From NCBI GenBank assembly GCA_041687695.1, contig JAWLBL010000004.1, forward strand, positions 279,319 to 343,318: a stretch of DNA of 64,000 nucleotides. Direction: 5' to 3'. The DNA is from Myxococcota bacterium (GTDB taxonomy: Bacteria > Myxococcota_A > UBA9042 > PHBI01 > JAWLBL01). A model generated the notes under the pieces. That model made no database searches, was not told where the DNA came from, and saw nothing but the letters and a program-made list of their open reading frames with translations. The first letter of the stretch is position 1. Each line of letters begins with the position of its first letter. Below, in pieces: positions 31,292 through 42,333 of the stretch. The translations under genes and the position numbers were made by a program.

Positions 31292-31714
31292 ATGGAGACC
31301 GGCCTGGCCATCTTCGTCGACCGAGGGACCCGTCAAGCGCTGCACCACGCGACGAGCCTGGCGATGACGGCGCTCGCCGCGGGCGAGCGGGTGGTGGTGG
31401 CCCTGTTCCACGAGGGGCTCGCCGGCTGGGCGCGCGCCTTCGACGGGGGGGCCGACGACTTCGGCGCCGGGCCCGACGCCGAGCGCCTGCGCCTGGGATT
31501 TGCGCGGCTGAACGTGCCGCCGCTGCCCCGCTACCTGGACGACCTGCGCGCGGTGGGGGCCGCGCGCATCGAGGTGGTGGCGTGCGGCGCGGCGGTCGAG
31601 CTGCTGGGGCTGGACGTGGACGCCCTGATCGAGTCGGGCGCCGTGGACGACGTGGTCGGCCTGCCCACCCTGTGGCGGCGCGTGCGGGGCTGGCGGATCG
31701 TCACGGCCGGCTGA
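31292..31714 (+). CDS. DsrE/DsrF/DrsH-like protein
   Basis: A.A.GERV..LF.EGL and VVACGAAVELLGL...VDDVVGL pattern with the conserved Cys. Confidence 0.7.
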   Translation: METGLAIFVDRGTRQALHHATSLAMTALAAGERVVVALFHEGLAGWARAFDGGADDFGAGPDAERLRLGFARLNVPPLPRYLDDLRAVGAARIEVVACGAAVELLGLDVDALIESGAVDDVVGLPTLWRRVRGWRIVTAG

Positions 31715-31721
31715 GCCGAGG

Positions 31722-32045
31722 TCAGTAGCGCGGGACCGCGGGGTCGATCGCGAGCGACCACGCGTCCAGGCCGCCGGCGAGCGACCGGACGCGGGGGAAG
31801 CCCTGGTGCCGCAGGAACAGCGTGGCCTGCAGGCTGCGCACGCCATGGTGGCACACGACGACCAGCTCGGCCTCGGGGTCCAGCTCGCCAAAGCGCGCGC
31901 GCAGCTCGTGCAGAGGGACGAGGACGCTGCCCTCGAGGCGAGCGATGTCCCACTCCTGTGGCGTGCGGACGTCGACCAGGGTGGGGGCGTCGCCCGCGGC
32001 GAGCCGGGCGGCGAGGTCCTTGGCGGCGATCTCGAGGTCGTTCAT
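31722..32045 (-). CDS. Single-domain rhodanese (sulfurtransferase)
   Basis: LVDVRTPQEW, active-site CHHGVRS and LAGGLDAWS..IDP.VPRY motifs. Confidence 0.92.
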   Translation of the reverse strand: MNDLEIAAKDLAARLAAGDAPTLVDVRTPQEWDIARLEGSVLVPLHELRARFGELDPEAELVVVCHHGVRSLQATLFLRHQGFPRVRSLAGGLDAWSLAIDPAVPRY

Positions 32046-32164
32046 GGGGGGCTCGTGGCGGGGAGGTGAGCGAGGACGGCCCACGGGCGGCTGGACGGCC
32101 CTGGCGCGCCTGGGCATGCTGCGCCCGACTGTAGTCGAAGTCCGCCGCCGAGGGAGCCCTGGTC

Positions 32165-33493
32165 ATGCCCGCCAAGACGTTCACGCCCAGCATCGAGCTG
32201 CGCGACCCCATCCACGGCCCCATCGCCGTCTCGCCCGCCGAGCTGGCCGTCATCGACGCCCCCGCCTTCCAGCGCCTGCGCGGGGTCAAGCAGCTGGGGT
32301 TCGCCGAGTACGTCTTCCCCGGCGCGGTCCACAACCGCTACCTGCACAGCATCGGCGCCATGCACCTGGCGGGGCGGGCCTTCGACGCGCTGCGGCCCTC
32401 GCTGGACCTCGACGAGGCGAGCGCGGCCCGGCTGCGACAGACGGTGCGCCTGGGCGCGCTGCTGCACGACATCGGGCACGCGCCGCTGAGCCATGCGGCC
32501 GAGGCGCTGATGCCGCTCGGCGAGGACCTTGCACTGGCCGCCTATGGCGTGGGCCCGGGGCGGGCGTCGCACGAGGCGATGTCGCTGAAGATCATCGTGG
32601 ACAGCCCGCTGACGCCGGTCATCGACGCGACCTTCGCCGATCTCGGCGCGACGGCCCGCGACGTGGCCGCGGTGCTGGGCTGCGCGGCCGCGCTGGACCC
32701 GGGGCGCTTCACCGTCAACGGCGTCGACTGGCGGCCCTGCTTGAAGGCCCTGCTGTCGGGCGAGCTGGACGTGGACCGGATGGACTACCTGCTGCGCGAC
32801 AGCTACTTCACGGGTGCGCGCTACGGTCAGTACGACCTCGAGTGGCTGATGTCGAGCCTGTCGGCCGTGGTGGTCGAGGGCGAGGGGCCGGAGGCGAGCG
32901 CCACCGCCAGGGCGCACCTGGCCATCGACGGGCGCGCCCTGCCGACCTTCGAGCACTTCCTGCTGGCCCGCTACCACATGTTCCGGCTGGTCTACTTCCA
33001 CCCCAAGAGCGACATCTACGACGCGATGTTGGATCGGTGGCTGTCGAGCGAGGGGCCCGAGGCGCGCTTCCCCGCCGATCCCGAGCGGTTCGTGGGCTGC
33101 GACGACGCGTGGCTGATGGCGCGCCTGAACGCCTCGGGCGACCCCTGGGCCCGGCGGGTGCGCGACAAGCGCCCCTACCGCCTGGTCGTCGAGCTGGACT
33201 CGGGCGAGGCCTCCGAGCGGCGGGCCGAGCTGGACGGGCGCCTGTCGGAGGCCGGCATCGCGCCGCTGTGGCTGGGGTCGCAGGCCGTGCTCAGCCGCTA
33301 CGCCCAGGCCCCCGCGCACAAGCGCACCAACCCGCTGTACGTGCGGTCGGGCCGCGGCCAGGCGCCCGGCAGGGTCCTGCGCATCGAGGACGCGACCGAC
33401 CTGTTCGGCCGCTTCGAGAAGACCCGCCGCATCGAGCGCCTCTACGTCGCGCCCGAGCACGCCAGGGCGGCGCGGGCGTTGGTCGGCGCGTGA
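32165..33493 (+). CDS. HD-domain phosphohydrolase (SAMHD1/YdhJ-like dNTP triphosphohydrolase family)
   Basis: RDPIHG, FQRLR.VKQLG, HNRYLHSIG, LLHDIGH and LDVDRMDYLLRDS motifs. Confidence 0.9.
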   Translation: MPAKTFTPSIELRDPIHGPIAVSPAELAVIDAPAFQRLRGVKQLGFAEYVFPGAVHNRYLHSIGAMHLAGRAFDALRPSLDLDEASAARLRQTVRLGALLHDIGHAPLSHAAEALMPLGEDLALAAYGVGPGRASHEAMSLKIIVDSPLTPVIDATFADLGATARDVAAVLGCAAALDPGRFTVNGVDWRPCLKALLSGELDVDRMDYLLRDSYFTGARYGQYDLEWLMSSLSAVVVEGEGPEASATARAHLAIDGRALPTFEHFLLARYHMFRLVYFHPKSDIYDAMLDRWLSSEGPEARFPADPERFVGCDDAWLMARLNASGDPWARRVRDKRPYRLVVELDSGEASERRAELDGRLSEAGIAPLWLGSQAVLSRYAQAPAHKRTNPLYVRSGRGQAPGRVLRIEDATDLFGRFEKTRRIERLYVAPEHARAARALVGA

Positions 33494-33539
33494 AGGGCGC
33501 GCCCCGCCCGCCGAGGTGGCGAGCGGGGCCGGGAGCGAG

Positions 33540-34112
<573 letters not shown>

Positions 34113-34250
34113 GAGCGTCTCCTGGAGGCGAGAAGGCGAACCACGAAATCGGGCGCCCGGGCGCATAGCACGCCCGGCCCGAAGGTGGCAAACGGTATGC
34201 GCCCGGCGACGGGGGTCAACGCGGGCGCGTGGGGCGGCGAACAGGCGGGA

Positions 34251-36281
34251 TCAGGGGGCGATTCCCACCAGGTTGGCGCCGATGCCGCCGACCTTGATGC
34301 CGATGGAGGCGGCGTCGGCCTCGCCGTCGCCGTCGGTGTCGATGTCGTTGACGACCAGGATGTCCAGCAGGCCCAGCACCGCGTCCTTGGAGATGGGCAG
34401 GGCGTCGTCGGGCAGCGCCTCGACGGCGGCGACCAGCTCGGTCTTGGGGACGGCGCCGCCGATGATGCCCGTGACGCCGGTGATGAGCCCGTCGGTCAGG
34501 GTCACCTGGCCCTCGAACCGCACGTTGTACAGCGTGATCTCGAGGTTGCTGCCCTGGAAGGGCAGGCTGAAGGGGAACAGGGTGCCGGGGCCGCCGGCGG
34601 AGATCTGGTCGCCGGTGAGCGTCGCGGGCAGCTCGACCAGCGGCGCGCAGGTCACGTTGTCGACCATGCCCGCGTCGACCAGGTAGTCGCACGTGGTCGT
34701 CTGGAAGTCGCAGTCCGCGGACTCGGGCGCGAGGTCGGCCTGGTAGACCGCCATGGTGAAGGGGCCCTGCTGCAGATCCTTGGCCTCGATGACCAGCATG
34801 ACGCTGCCCTCGGCCACCGCCTCGGCCAGCGGCTCGTTGGCCAGCGAGGCCAGCACGCCCAGGGCGTTGTGGACGCCGCCCGAGCACTGGTCCACGGGGG
34901 CGCAGGTCTCGGGGTCCTGGTCGAGGTCGAGCGCCTCGCCCGGCTGACCGGACTCGCCGAGCTGCACCTGGTTGAGCTTGGCGGCCGTCGGGGCGAAGTC
35001 CGGCTCGCAGACGCAGCCCGAGGTGTCGCCCAGGCACTGCCCGGCCACGCAGGTGTCGCCGGTCGTGCACTCGAAGCCGTCGTCGCAGGCCACCTCGCTG
35101 ACCGGCTGGTGCTGGCAGCCCTGGACCGGGTGGCAGGAGTCGGCCGTGCACGGGTTGCCGTCGTCGCAGGACACGGGCGCGCCCTGGCAGGCGCCCTGGC
35201 CACACACGTCGTCCGAGGTGCAGGCGTCGCCGTCGTCGCAGGGGTCGGTGTTGTCGACGTAGTCGCAGTCGCCCGTCAGCGCGTCGCACAGGTCGGTCGT
35301 GCAGGGGTTGCCGTCCTCGCAAACCGAGGACAGGCCGATGCAGCACGGGTTCTGCGTCGGCAGGTGCACGCAGCCGACGTCGACGTCGCACAGGTCGATG
35401 GAGCAGGCGTTGTCGTCGTCGCAGGGGTTGGGCGGCCCAGCCACGCAGGCCCCCTCGGCGCAGGTGTCGTCGACCGTGCAGGGGTCGCCGTCCTCGCAGG
35501 TGGCGCCGTCGTCGTCGGTGTGGACGCACCCGAGCGCCGGGTCGCAGGTGTCGGTCGTGCAGGGGTTGCCGTCGTCGCAGTCGGCGGCGGGCCCGGCGCA
35601 GACGCCCGCCAGGCAGGTGTCGCCGGTCGTGCAGACGTCGCCGTCGTCACAGGCGAGCTCGCCCTCGACCGGCGGGAAGACGCACCCGACGTCGGGGTGG
35701 CAGCTGTCCTGGGTGCAGACGTTGTCGTCCTGGCAGGTCACGGCCTCGCCGACGCAGGCGCCGGCGGTGCAGACGGTGGCCTCGGTGCAGGCGTCGCCGT
35801 CGTCGCAGGCCGCGCCCTCGGCCAGGGCGGTCCACGCGTAGGGGGCGGCGGCGGGGTCGCAGACCTCGCACGGGGCGCCCGGGCGGGTGGCGCCAGCGGG
35901 CCGGCACACGTGGTTGACGAGGCAGGTCTCGGGGGCCAGCGTCCAGACGCAGAAGCCGCCCTCGCCGCAGGTGTCGACGGTGCAGGCGAGGCCGTCGGCG
36001 CAGTCGTCGTCCGAGGCGCACGAGGTAGGCGGAGCGACGTCGGCCACGGCGTCGTCCTGGACGTCGGGGCCGGGGTCCGGCGCGTCGCCGTCGTCTACGT
36101 CTGGGCTGACGTCGACGTGGGTGTCTGCCTTGGCGTCGGGGGTCACGTCCGGCGTGGCGTCGGCCTGGGGATCGCCGGCGGGGTCGTCGCCGCAGCCGGC
36201 AGGCAAGAGGGCCCCAAGCCCCAGCAGGGCCGAGGCGGCGAGGCGCGACGCGAGGGCGGGTCGGAGCTGTTCGATGCGCAT
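34251..36281 (-). CDS. Cysteine-rich repeat lipoprotein (approx. 11 CDDGxxCTxD repeats) with unknown C-terminal domain
   Basis: Lipobox LPAGC, acidic Asp/Pro linker, repeated CDDGNPCT units. Confidence 0.85.
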   Translation of the reverse strand: MRIEQLRPALASRLAASALLGLGALLPAGCGDDPAGDPQADATPDVTPDAKADTHVDVSPDVDDGDAPDPGPDVQDDAVADVAPPTSCASDDDCADGLACTVDTCGEGGFCVWTLAPETCLVNHVCRPAGATRPGAPCEVCDPAAAPYAWTALAEGAACDDGDACTEATVCTAGACVGEAVTCQDDNVCTQDSCHPDVGCVFPPVEGELACDDGDVCTTGDTCLAGVCAGPAADCDDGNPCTTDTCDPALGCVHTDDDGATCEDGDPCTVDDTCAEGACVAGPPNPCDDDNACSIDLCDVDVGCVHLPTQNPCCIGLSSVCEDGNPCTTDLCDALTGDCDYVDNTDPCDDGDACTSDDVCGQGACQGAPVSCDDGNPCTADSCHPVQGCQHQPVSEVACDDGFECTTGDTCVAGQCLGDTSGCVCEPDFAPTAAKLNQVQLGESGQPGEALDLDQDPETCAPVDQCSGGVHNALGVLASLANEPLAEAVAEGSVMLVIEAKDLQQGPFTMAVYQADLAPESADCDFQTTTCDYLVDAGMVDNVTCAPLVELPATLTGDQISAGGPGTLFPFSLPFQGSNLEITLYNVRFEGQVTLTDGLITGVTGIIGGAVPKTELVAAVEALPDDALPISKDAVLGLLDILVVNDIDTDGDGEADAASIGIKVGGIGANLVGIAP

Positions 36282-36289
36282 GGGAGACC

Positions 36290-39200
36290 CTACTTGAGGC
36301 TGCCGCTGACGATGGTGTTGCCGCCGTCGCGGGTGACCGACTGCGGGTTGATGGCGATGACGGTGCCGGGCGGGACGCCCTGGACCGAGCCGCTGAGGTC
36401 GATCTCGGGCAGCGGGATGCCGCCCAGGGTGTCGCCGCCCAGGGCGCCCAGCAGGCCAGGGACGAGGTACTCCTGGATGAGCCCGTCGAGCACGGCCTCG
36501 GAGCCGACCAGCTTGTCTTCCAGCACGTTCACCTCGGTCGCGAGCGACTGGATCTCGCTGATGCCGATGCCGAGCTGGTCGTCCGCCGCGGACAGCTCGA
36601 GCCCGGCGCGGAGCGACGCGTAGACGACCAGGGTCATCGGCGTCCCGAAGAGCTTCAGGGTCGCGTCGATGCGCAGATCGCCGATCTGCGCGATGAGGCT
36701 CTGGCCGTCGTAGCAGTCGCTGGCGGTCGGCTGGACCATGCCGCTGACGTGCATGACGAGGTCGGTCACGCCGAAGCCGGCGAGGTCGACGCTGCCGAGC
36801 ATGCTGGCCGGCACGTCGAACTCGAGCAGACCGCCGAGCCAGGCCGCGTAGAGGATCTGATTGAGGAGGTCGTCCGAGACGCCGAGCTCGATGGGGCTGG
36901 CCTTGGGCAGGACCAGCTGCTGGCCGCCGCCGCCGCAGCCGTTGCGGCGGGCGCTGCCGAGGTTGTCATAGGGGACCGCCTTGGTCGCGTAGGCCCCGGC
37001 GCGTTGGATGAGCGACCCGCCGGCGGCCGTGAAGGGGACCGAGGCGAAGTCGGTGACGAGATCGATCGTCACCGAGCCCGTGCCGTCGAGGCGCGGGATG
37101 TCGAAGCTGGTGTTGAAGGCGAGGGCGCCGAGGGCGTCCTGGAGCATCGGGGCGAGGACGCCGGAGAGCTGGTCGTTCAGCGTGTCCTCGAGATCCGCGA
37201 CGAGGGAGTCCTTGATGAAGGCCTCGACGATGGACAGCAGGAGGTTCGTCCAGCCGTTGTCCGCCCACACGTCGAGGCCGCTGATGGTCGAGGACTGGTT
37301 GGCGACGTTCACGACGAGGGCGCCGTCGGCGCCGACCGAGAGCTGCACGTCGGCGGTCACGGTGAGCGAGTCGATGGACAGGCCGCCGGTCGTGTCACCG
37401 CCGGCGAGCCAGCAACCCGTCCAGCCGCAGGAGATGCCGCTGCAGACGCAGTCGAGCCAGAGGTCGCCGGTGACGTCGTGGATGACGGCCGTGACGCCGA
37501 AGCCGCCCGTCTTGGGGTTCAGCGTGACCGTCGTGGCGCCCTTGGCGAGGCTCTTGATGTAGATGTGGTAGCCGGCCTGGACGGCGATCGCGGTGTTCGG
37601 GTCGATGAAGCTGTTGATGTCGAAGCTGCCCAGGACCAGCTCGAAGATGGTGGCGAAGTCGTTCGGCGGCAGGCTGTGGTCGCCGTCGTCGAGCACCTGC
37701 TTGGACAGCCAGATGCCCAGGCCGGGGTTGGCCATGCCGCTCTTGGGCGTCTCCTTGACGGGCTTGTCGTAGCCGGTCGCCCAGACGAAGGACTGGACGC
37801 GCTTGCGGAGCGTCCCGAAGCTGTCGCTGGCCTCGAACTCCAGGATGTTGCCGCCGACCGTCGGCACGACCTCGTGGCTGAAGCTGCCGTCCGAGGCGAC
37901 GGTGACGGCCTCGCCGTTCAAGGTGAGCGCCTGGATGGGGCCGGCCCCGCTGGTGACGGTGCCCGTGACGGTCACCGTGGCGCCGCCCGCGCCCTGCAGG
38001 GTCGCGGCGCGGGGCGGGTGGGTCACGACGATGTCCGGGCGGCAGGCGTTCGAGACGACGAGCGTGTTCTTGCACCCGTCGACCGGGTGGCAGCTGTCGG
38101 CCGTGCACGCGTTGCCGTCGTCGCAGGACACGGCCTGGCCCTTGCACTGACCGGCGTCGCAGGTGTCGCCGGTGGTGCAGACCGTCCCGTCGTCGCAGGG
38201 GCCGGCGGCCGGCTCGTGCGTGCAGCCGTCGACCGGGTCGCAGCCGTCGGCCGTGCACGCGTTGCCGTCGTCGCAGGCGAGCGGGGTCGCGCCGGGCTGG
38301 CAGGCGCCGTCCTTGCAGACGTCGCCGATGGTGCAGACGCTGCCGTCGTCGCAGGCCAGCGTGTTCGGCGCGTGGAACGGCCCGATGGCCGGATCGCAGT
38401 AGTCGTCCGTGCAGGGGTTGCCGTCGTCGGGCGACACCGGCAGGCCGACGCAAGCGCCGCCCGTGCAGGTGTCCGTGTGCGTGCACAGGCTGCCGTCGTC
38501 GCACGGGTCGCTGTTGAACGGGTAGACGCAGCCGACCGCCGGGTCGCAGGCCTCGTCGGTGCAGGGGTTGTCGTCCGTGCACAGGTCGTCGATGGGCTTG
38601 TGCACGCACCCGGTGGCGGGCTGGCAGGCGTCGATGGTGCAGAAGTTGTCGTCGTCGCAGTCGAGCGGGGCACCCCCGGCGCACTGCCCGGCCGCGTCGC
38701 AGGCGTCGCCGGTGGTGCAGGCGTTGCCGTCGTCGCAGGTGGCGCCCGGCGTCGGGGTCGACACGCAGCCCTCGCCGGGGACGCAGGTGTCGGTGGTGCA
38801 GGGGTTGCCGTCGTCGCAGTCCGGCGCGCCGCTGCCAGCGCCACACGCCCCGGCCGCGCACTGGTCGCCCACGGTGCAGGGGTCGCCGTCGTCGCAGGGG
38901 GCCCTGTTCGCGGTGAAGCTGCACTCGGCCGTCTCGGCGTCGCAGTGGTCGTCGGTGCAGGGGTCACCGTCGCTGCAGACCTTGGGGGCGCCGACGCAGA
39001 GGCCGTCGAGGCAGGCGTCGTCGGAGGTGCACGCGTCGCCGTCGTCGCAGGTGGCCGCGTCGTCGGGCGTCCAGGCGAAGCGGTCCACCAGGACCAAGCA
39101 GATCTCGCAGGGGTTGTCGGGGTTGCTCACCTCGTTGCCCCAGCAGACCCCGTCGAGGTCGCACTCGTCCTCGGCGCAGGGCAGGGCGGCGTCCTCGTCC

Positions 39201-39415
39201 TCCCAGGCGTCGTCCGCGTCGTCGGCGTCGTCTTCGGGGATCTTGGTGTCCTCGGAGGTGGACACCTCCGGCTGCGGGATCTCGAGCGTCGCGTCGGCCC
39301 CGACGGACGTGTCGATGGCCCCCGGCGTCCCCTCGTCGCCGCAGCCGGCGCCCACGAGCGCCAGCGCGAGGCCCAGTCGCGCTGCAACGCCAGCCAAAGT
39401 TGCCCTGGTCTTCAT
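36290..39415 (-). CDS. Cysteine-rich repeat lipoprotein (approx. 13 repeats) with Ig-like domain and putative BPI/LBP-like C-terminus
   Basis: Lipobox VGAGC; CDDGxxCT repeats; VTVTGTV...DGSFS Ig-like segment; ANPGL and LGVSDDLLNQ segments. Confidence 0.85.
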   Translation of the reverse strand: MKTRATLAGVAARLGLALALVGAGCGDEGTPGAIDTSVGADATLEIPQPEVSTSEDTKIPEDDADDADDAWEDEDAALPCAEDECDLDGVCWGNEVSNPDNPCEICLVLVDRFAWTPDDAATCDDGDACTSDDACLDGLCVGAPKVCSDGDPCTDDHCDAETAECSFTANRAPCDDGDPCTVGDQCAAGACGAGSGAPDCDDGNPCTTDTCVPGEGCVSTPTPGATCDDGNACTTGDACDAAGQCAGGAPLDCDDDNFCTIDACQPATGCVHKPIDDLCTDDNPCTDEACDPAVGCVYPFNSDPCDDGSLCTHTDTCTGGACVGLPVSPDDGNPCTDDYCDPAIGPFHAPNTLACDDGSVCTIGDVCKDGACQPGATPLACDDGNACTADGCDPVDGCTHEPAAGPCDDGTVCTTGDTCDAGQCKGQAVSCDDGNACTADSCHPVDGCKNTLVVSNACRPDIVVTHPPRAATLQGAGGATVTVTGTVTSGAGPIQALTLNGEAVTVASDGSFSHEVVPTVGGNILEFEASDSFGTLRKRVQSFVWATGYDKPVKETPKSGMANPGLGIWLSKQVLDDGDHSLPPNDFATIFELVLGSFDINSFIDPNTAIAVQAGYHIYIKSLAKGATTVTLNPKTGGFGVTAVIHDVTGDLWLDCVCSGISCGWTGCWLAGGDTTGGLSIDSLTVTADVQLSVGADGALVVNVANQSSTISGLDVWADNGWTNLLLSIVEAFIKDSLVADLEDTLNDQLSGVLAPMLQDALGALAFNTSFDIPRLDGTGSVTIDLVTDFASVPFTAAGGSLIQRAGAYATKAVPYDNLGSARRNGCGGGGQQLVLPKASPIELGVSDDLLNQILYAAWLGGLLEFDVPASMLGSVDLAGFGVTDLVMHVSGMVQPTASDCYDGQSLIAQIGDLRIDATLKLFGTPMTLVVYASLRAGLELSAADDQLGIGISEIQSLATEVNVLEDKLVGSEAVLDGLIQEYLVPGLLGALGGDTLGGIPLPEIDLSGSVQGVPPGTVIAINPQSVTRDGGNTIVSGSLK

Positions 39416-39550
39416 CGGCACCCTCCGAGGTGTTCGTCGCCTCGTCGTCCAGCGCCGCCCCAACCGCGCTCGGACGCGAGCGCCCGGCAGCGTACCGCAT
39501 CCCGGCGGTCGAATCACCAGCCGCCGTGACGATCTCGCCCCGCGCCATCA

Positions 39551-39579
39551 TTGACCGCGTCCCGCCCCGTGGTCACAAT
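39551..39579 (+). promoter_or_regulatory. Putative sigma70 promoter
   Basis: TTGACC-17 bp-CACAAT upstream of the hotdog-fold gene. Confidence 0.45.
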
Positions 39580-39613
39580 CCGCCACCCTCCGACGCACCC
39601 CACGAGGTCGCCG

Positions 39614-40105
39614 ATGCTCAAGAGCCTCAAGCTGCCGAACCTGCTCAAGACGAGCCAGCTCGTCCCCACCTGGAACGCCCTGCGCGACAAGCCCTTCGGC
39701 AAGCAGGTCTTCTCGCGCGTCGTGTCGATGGCCGCGCCCTACACGGCCACCATCGGGGCGCAGATCGAGGAGCTCGCGCCCGGGCGGGCGCGGGTGGCGC
39801 TGCCCGATCGCCCCTGGGTACGCAACCATCTGCGATCGATCCATGCGGTGGCGCTGGCGAACCTGGGCGAGATGGCGACCGGGCTGGCGACGGTGTCGGC
39901 GCTGCCCGAAGGCGGCCGGGGCATCGTGACCGAGCTGGCGATGGAGTACGTCAAGAAGGCGCGCGGCACCATCACGGCCGAGGCGGACGTCGAGGTGCCG
40001 ACCGGCCCCGGGCGCCACGAGCTGGTGGTGGTGGCGAACCTGCGCGACGCGGGCGGCGACGTGGTGGCCCGGGCGCGGGCGCGCTGGGTCCTGGACAACG
40101 GCTGA
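39614..40105 (+). CDS. Hotdog-fold thioesterase (PaaI/DUF4442-like)
   Basis: APYTATIG, RNHLRSIHAVAL and EYVKKARG motifs. Confidence 0.85.
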   Translation: MLKSLKLPNLLKTSQLVPTWNALRDKPFGKQVFSRVVSMAAPYTATIGAQIEELAPGRARVALPDRPWVRNHLRSIHAVALANLGEMATGLATVSALPEGGRGIVTELAMEYVKKARGTITAEADVEVPTGPGRHELVVVANLRDAGGDVVARARARWVLDNG

Positions 40106-40115
40106 GGGGCCCATA

Positions 40116-42332
<2,217 letters not shown>

Positions 42333-42333
42333 G

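Noticed and set aside
32165..33493. HD protein as an anti-phage dNTPase
   Set aside because: There is no defence-island context, and it fits a widespread housekeeping family; the role cannot be supported from sequence alone.
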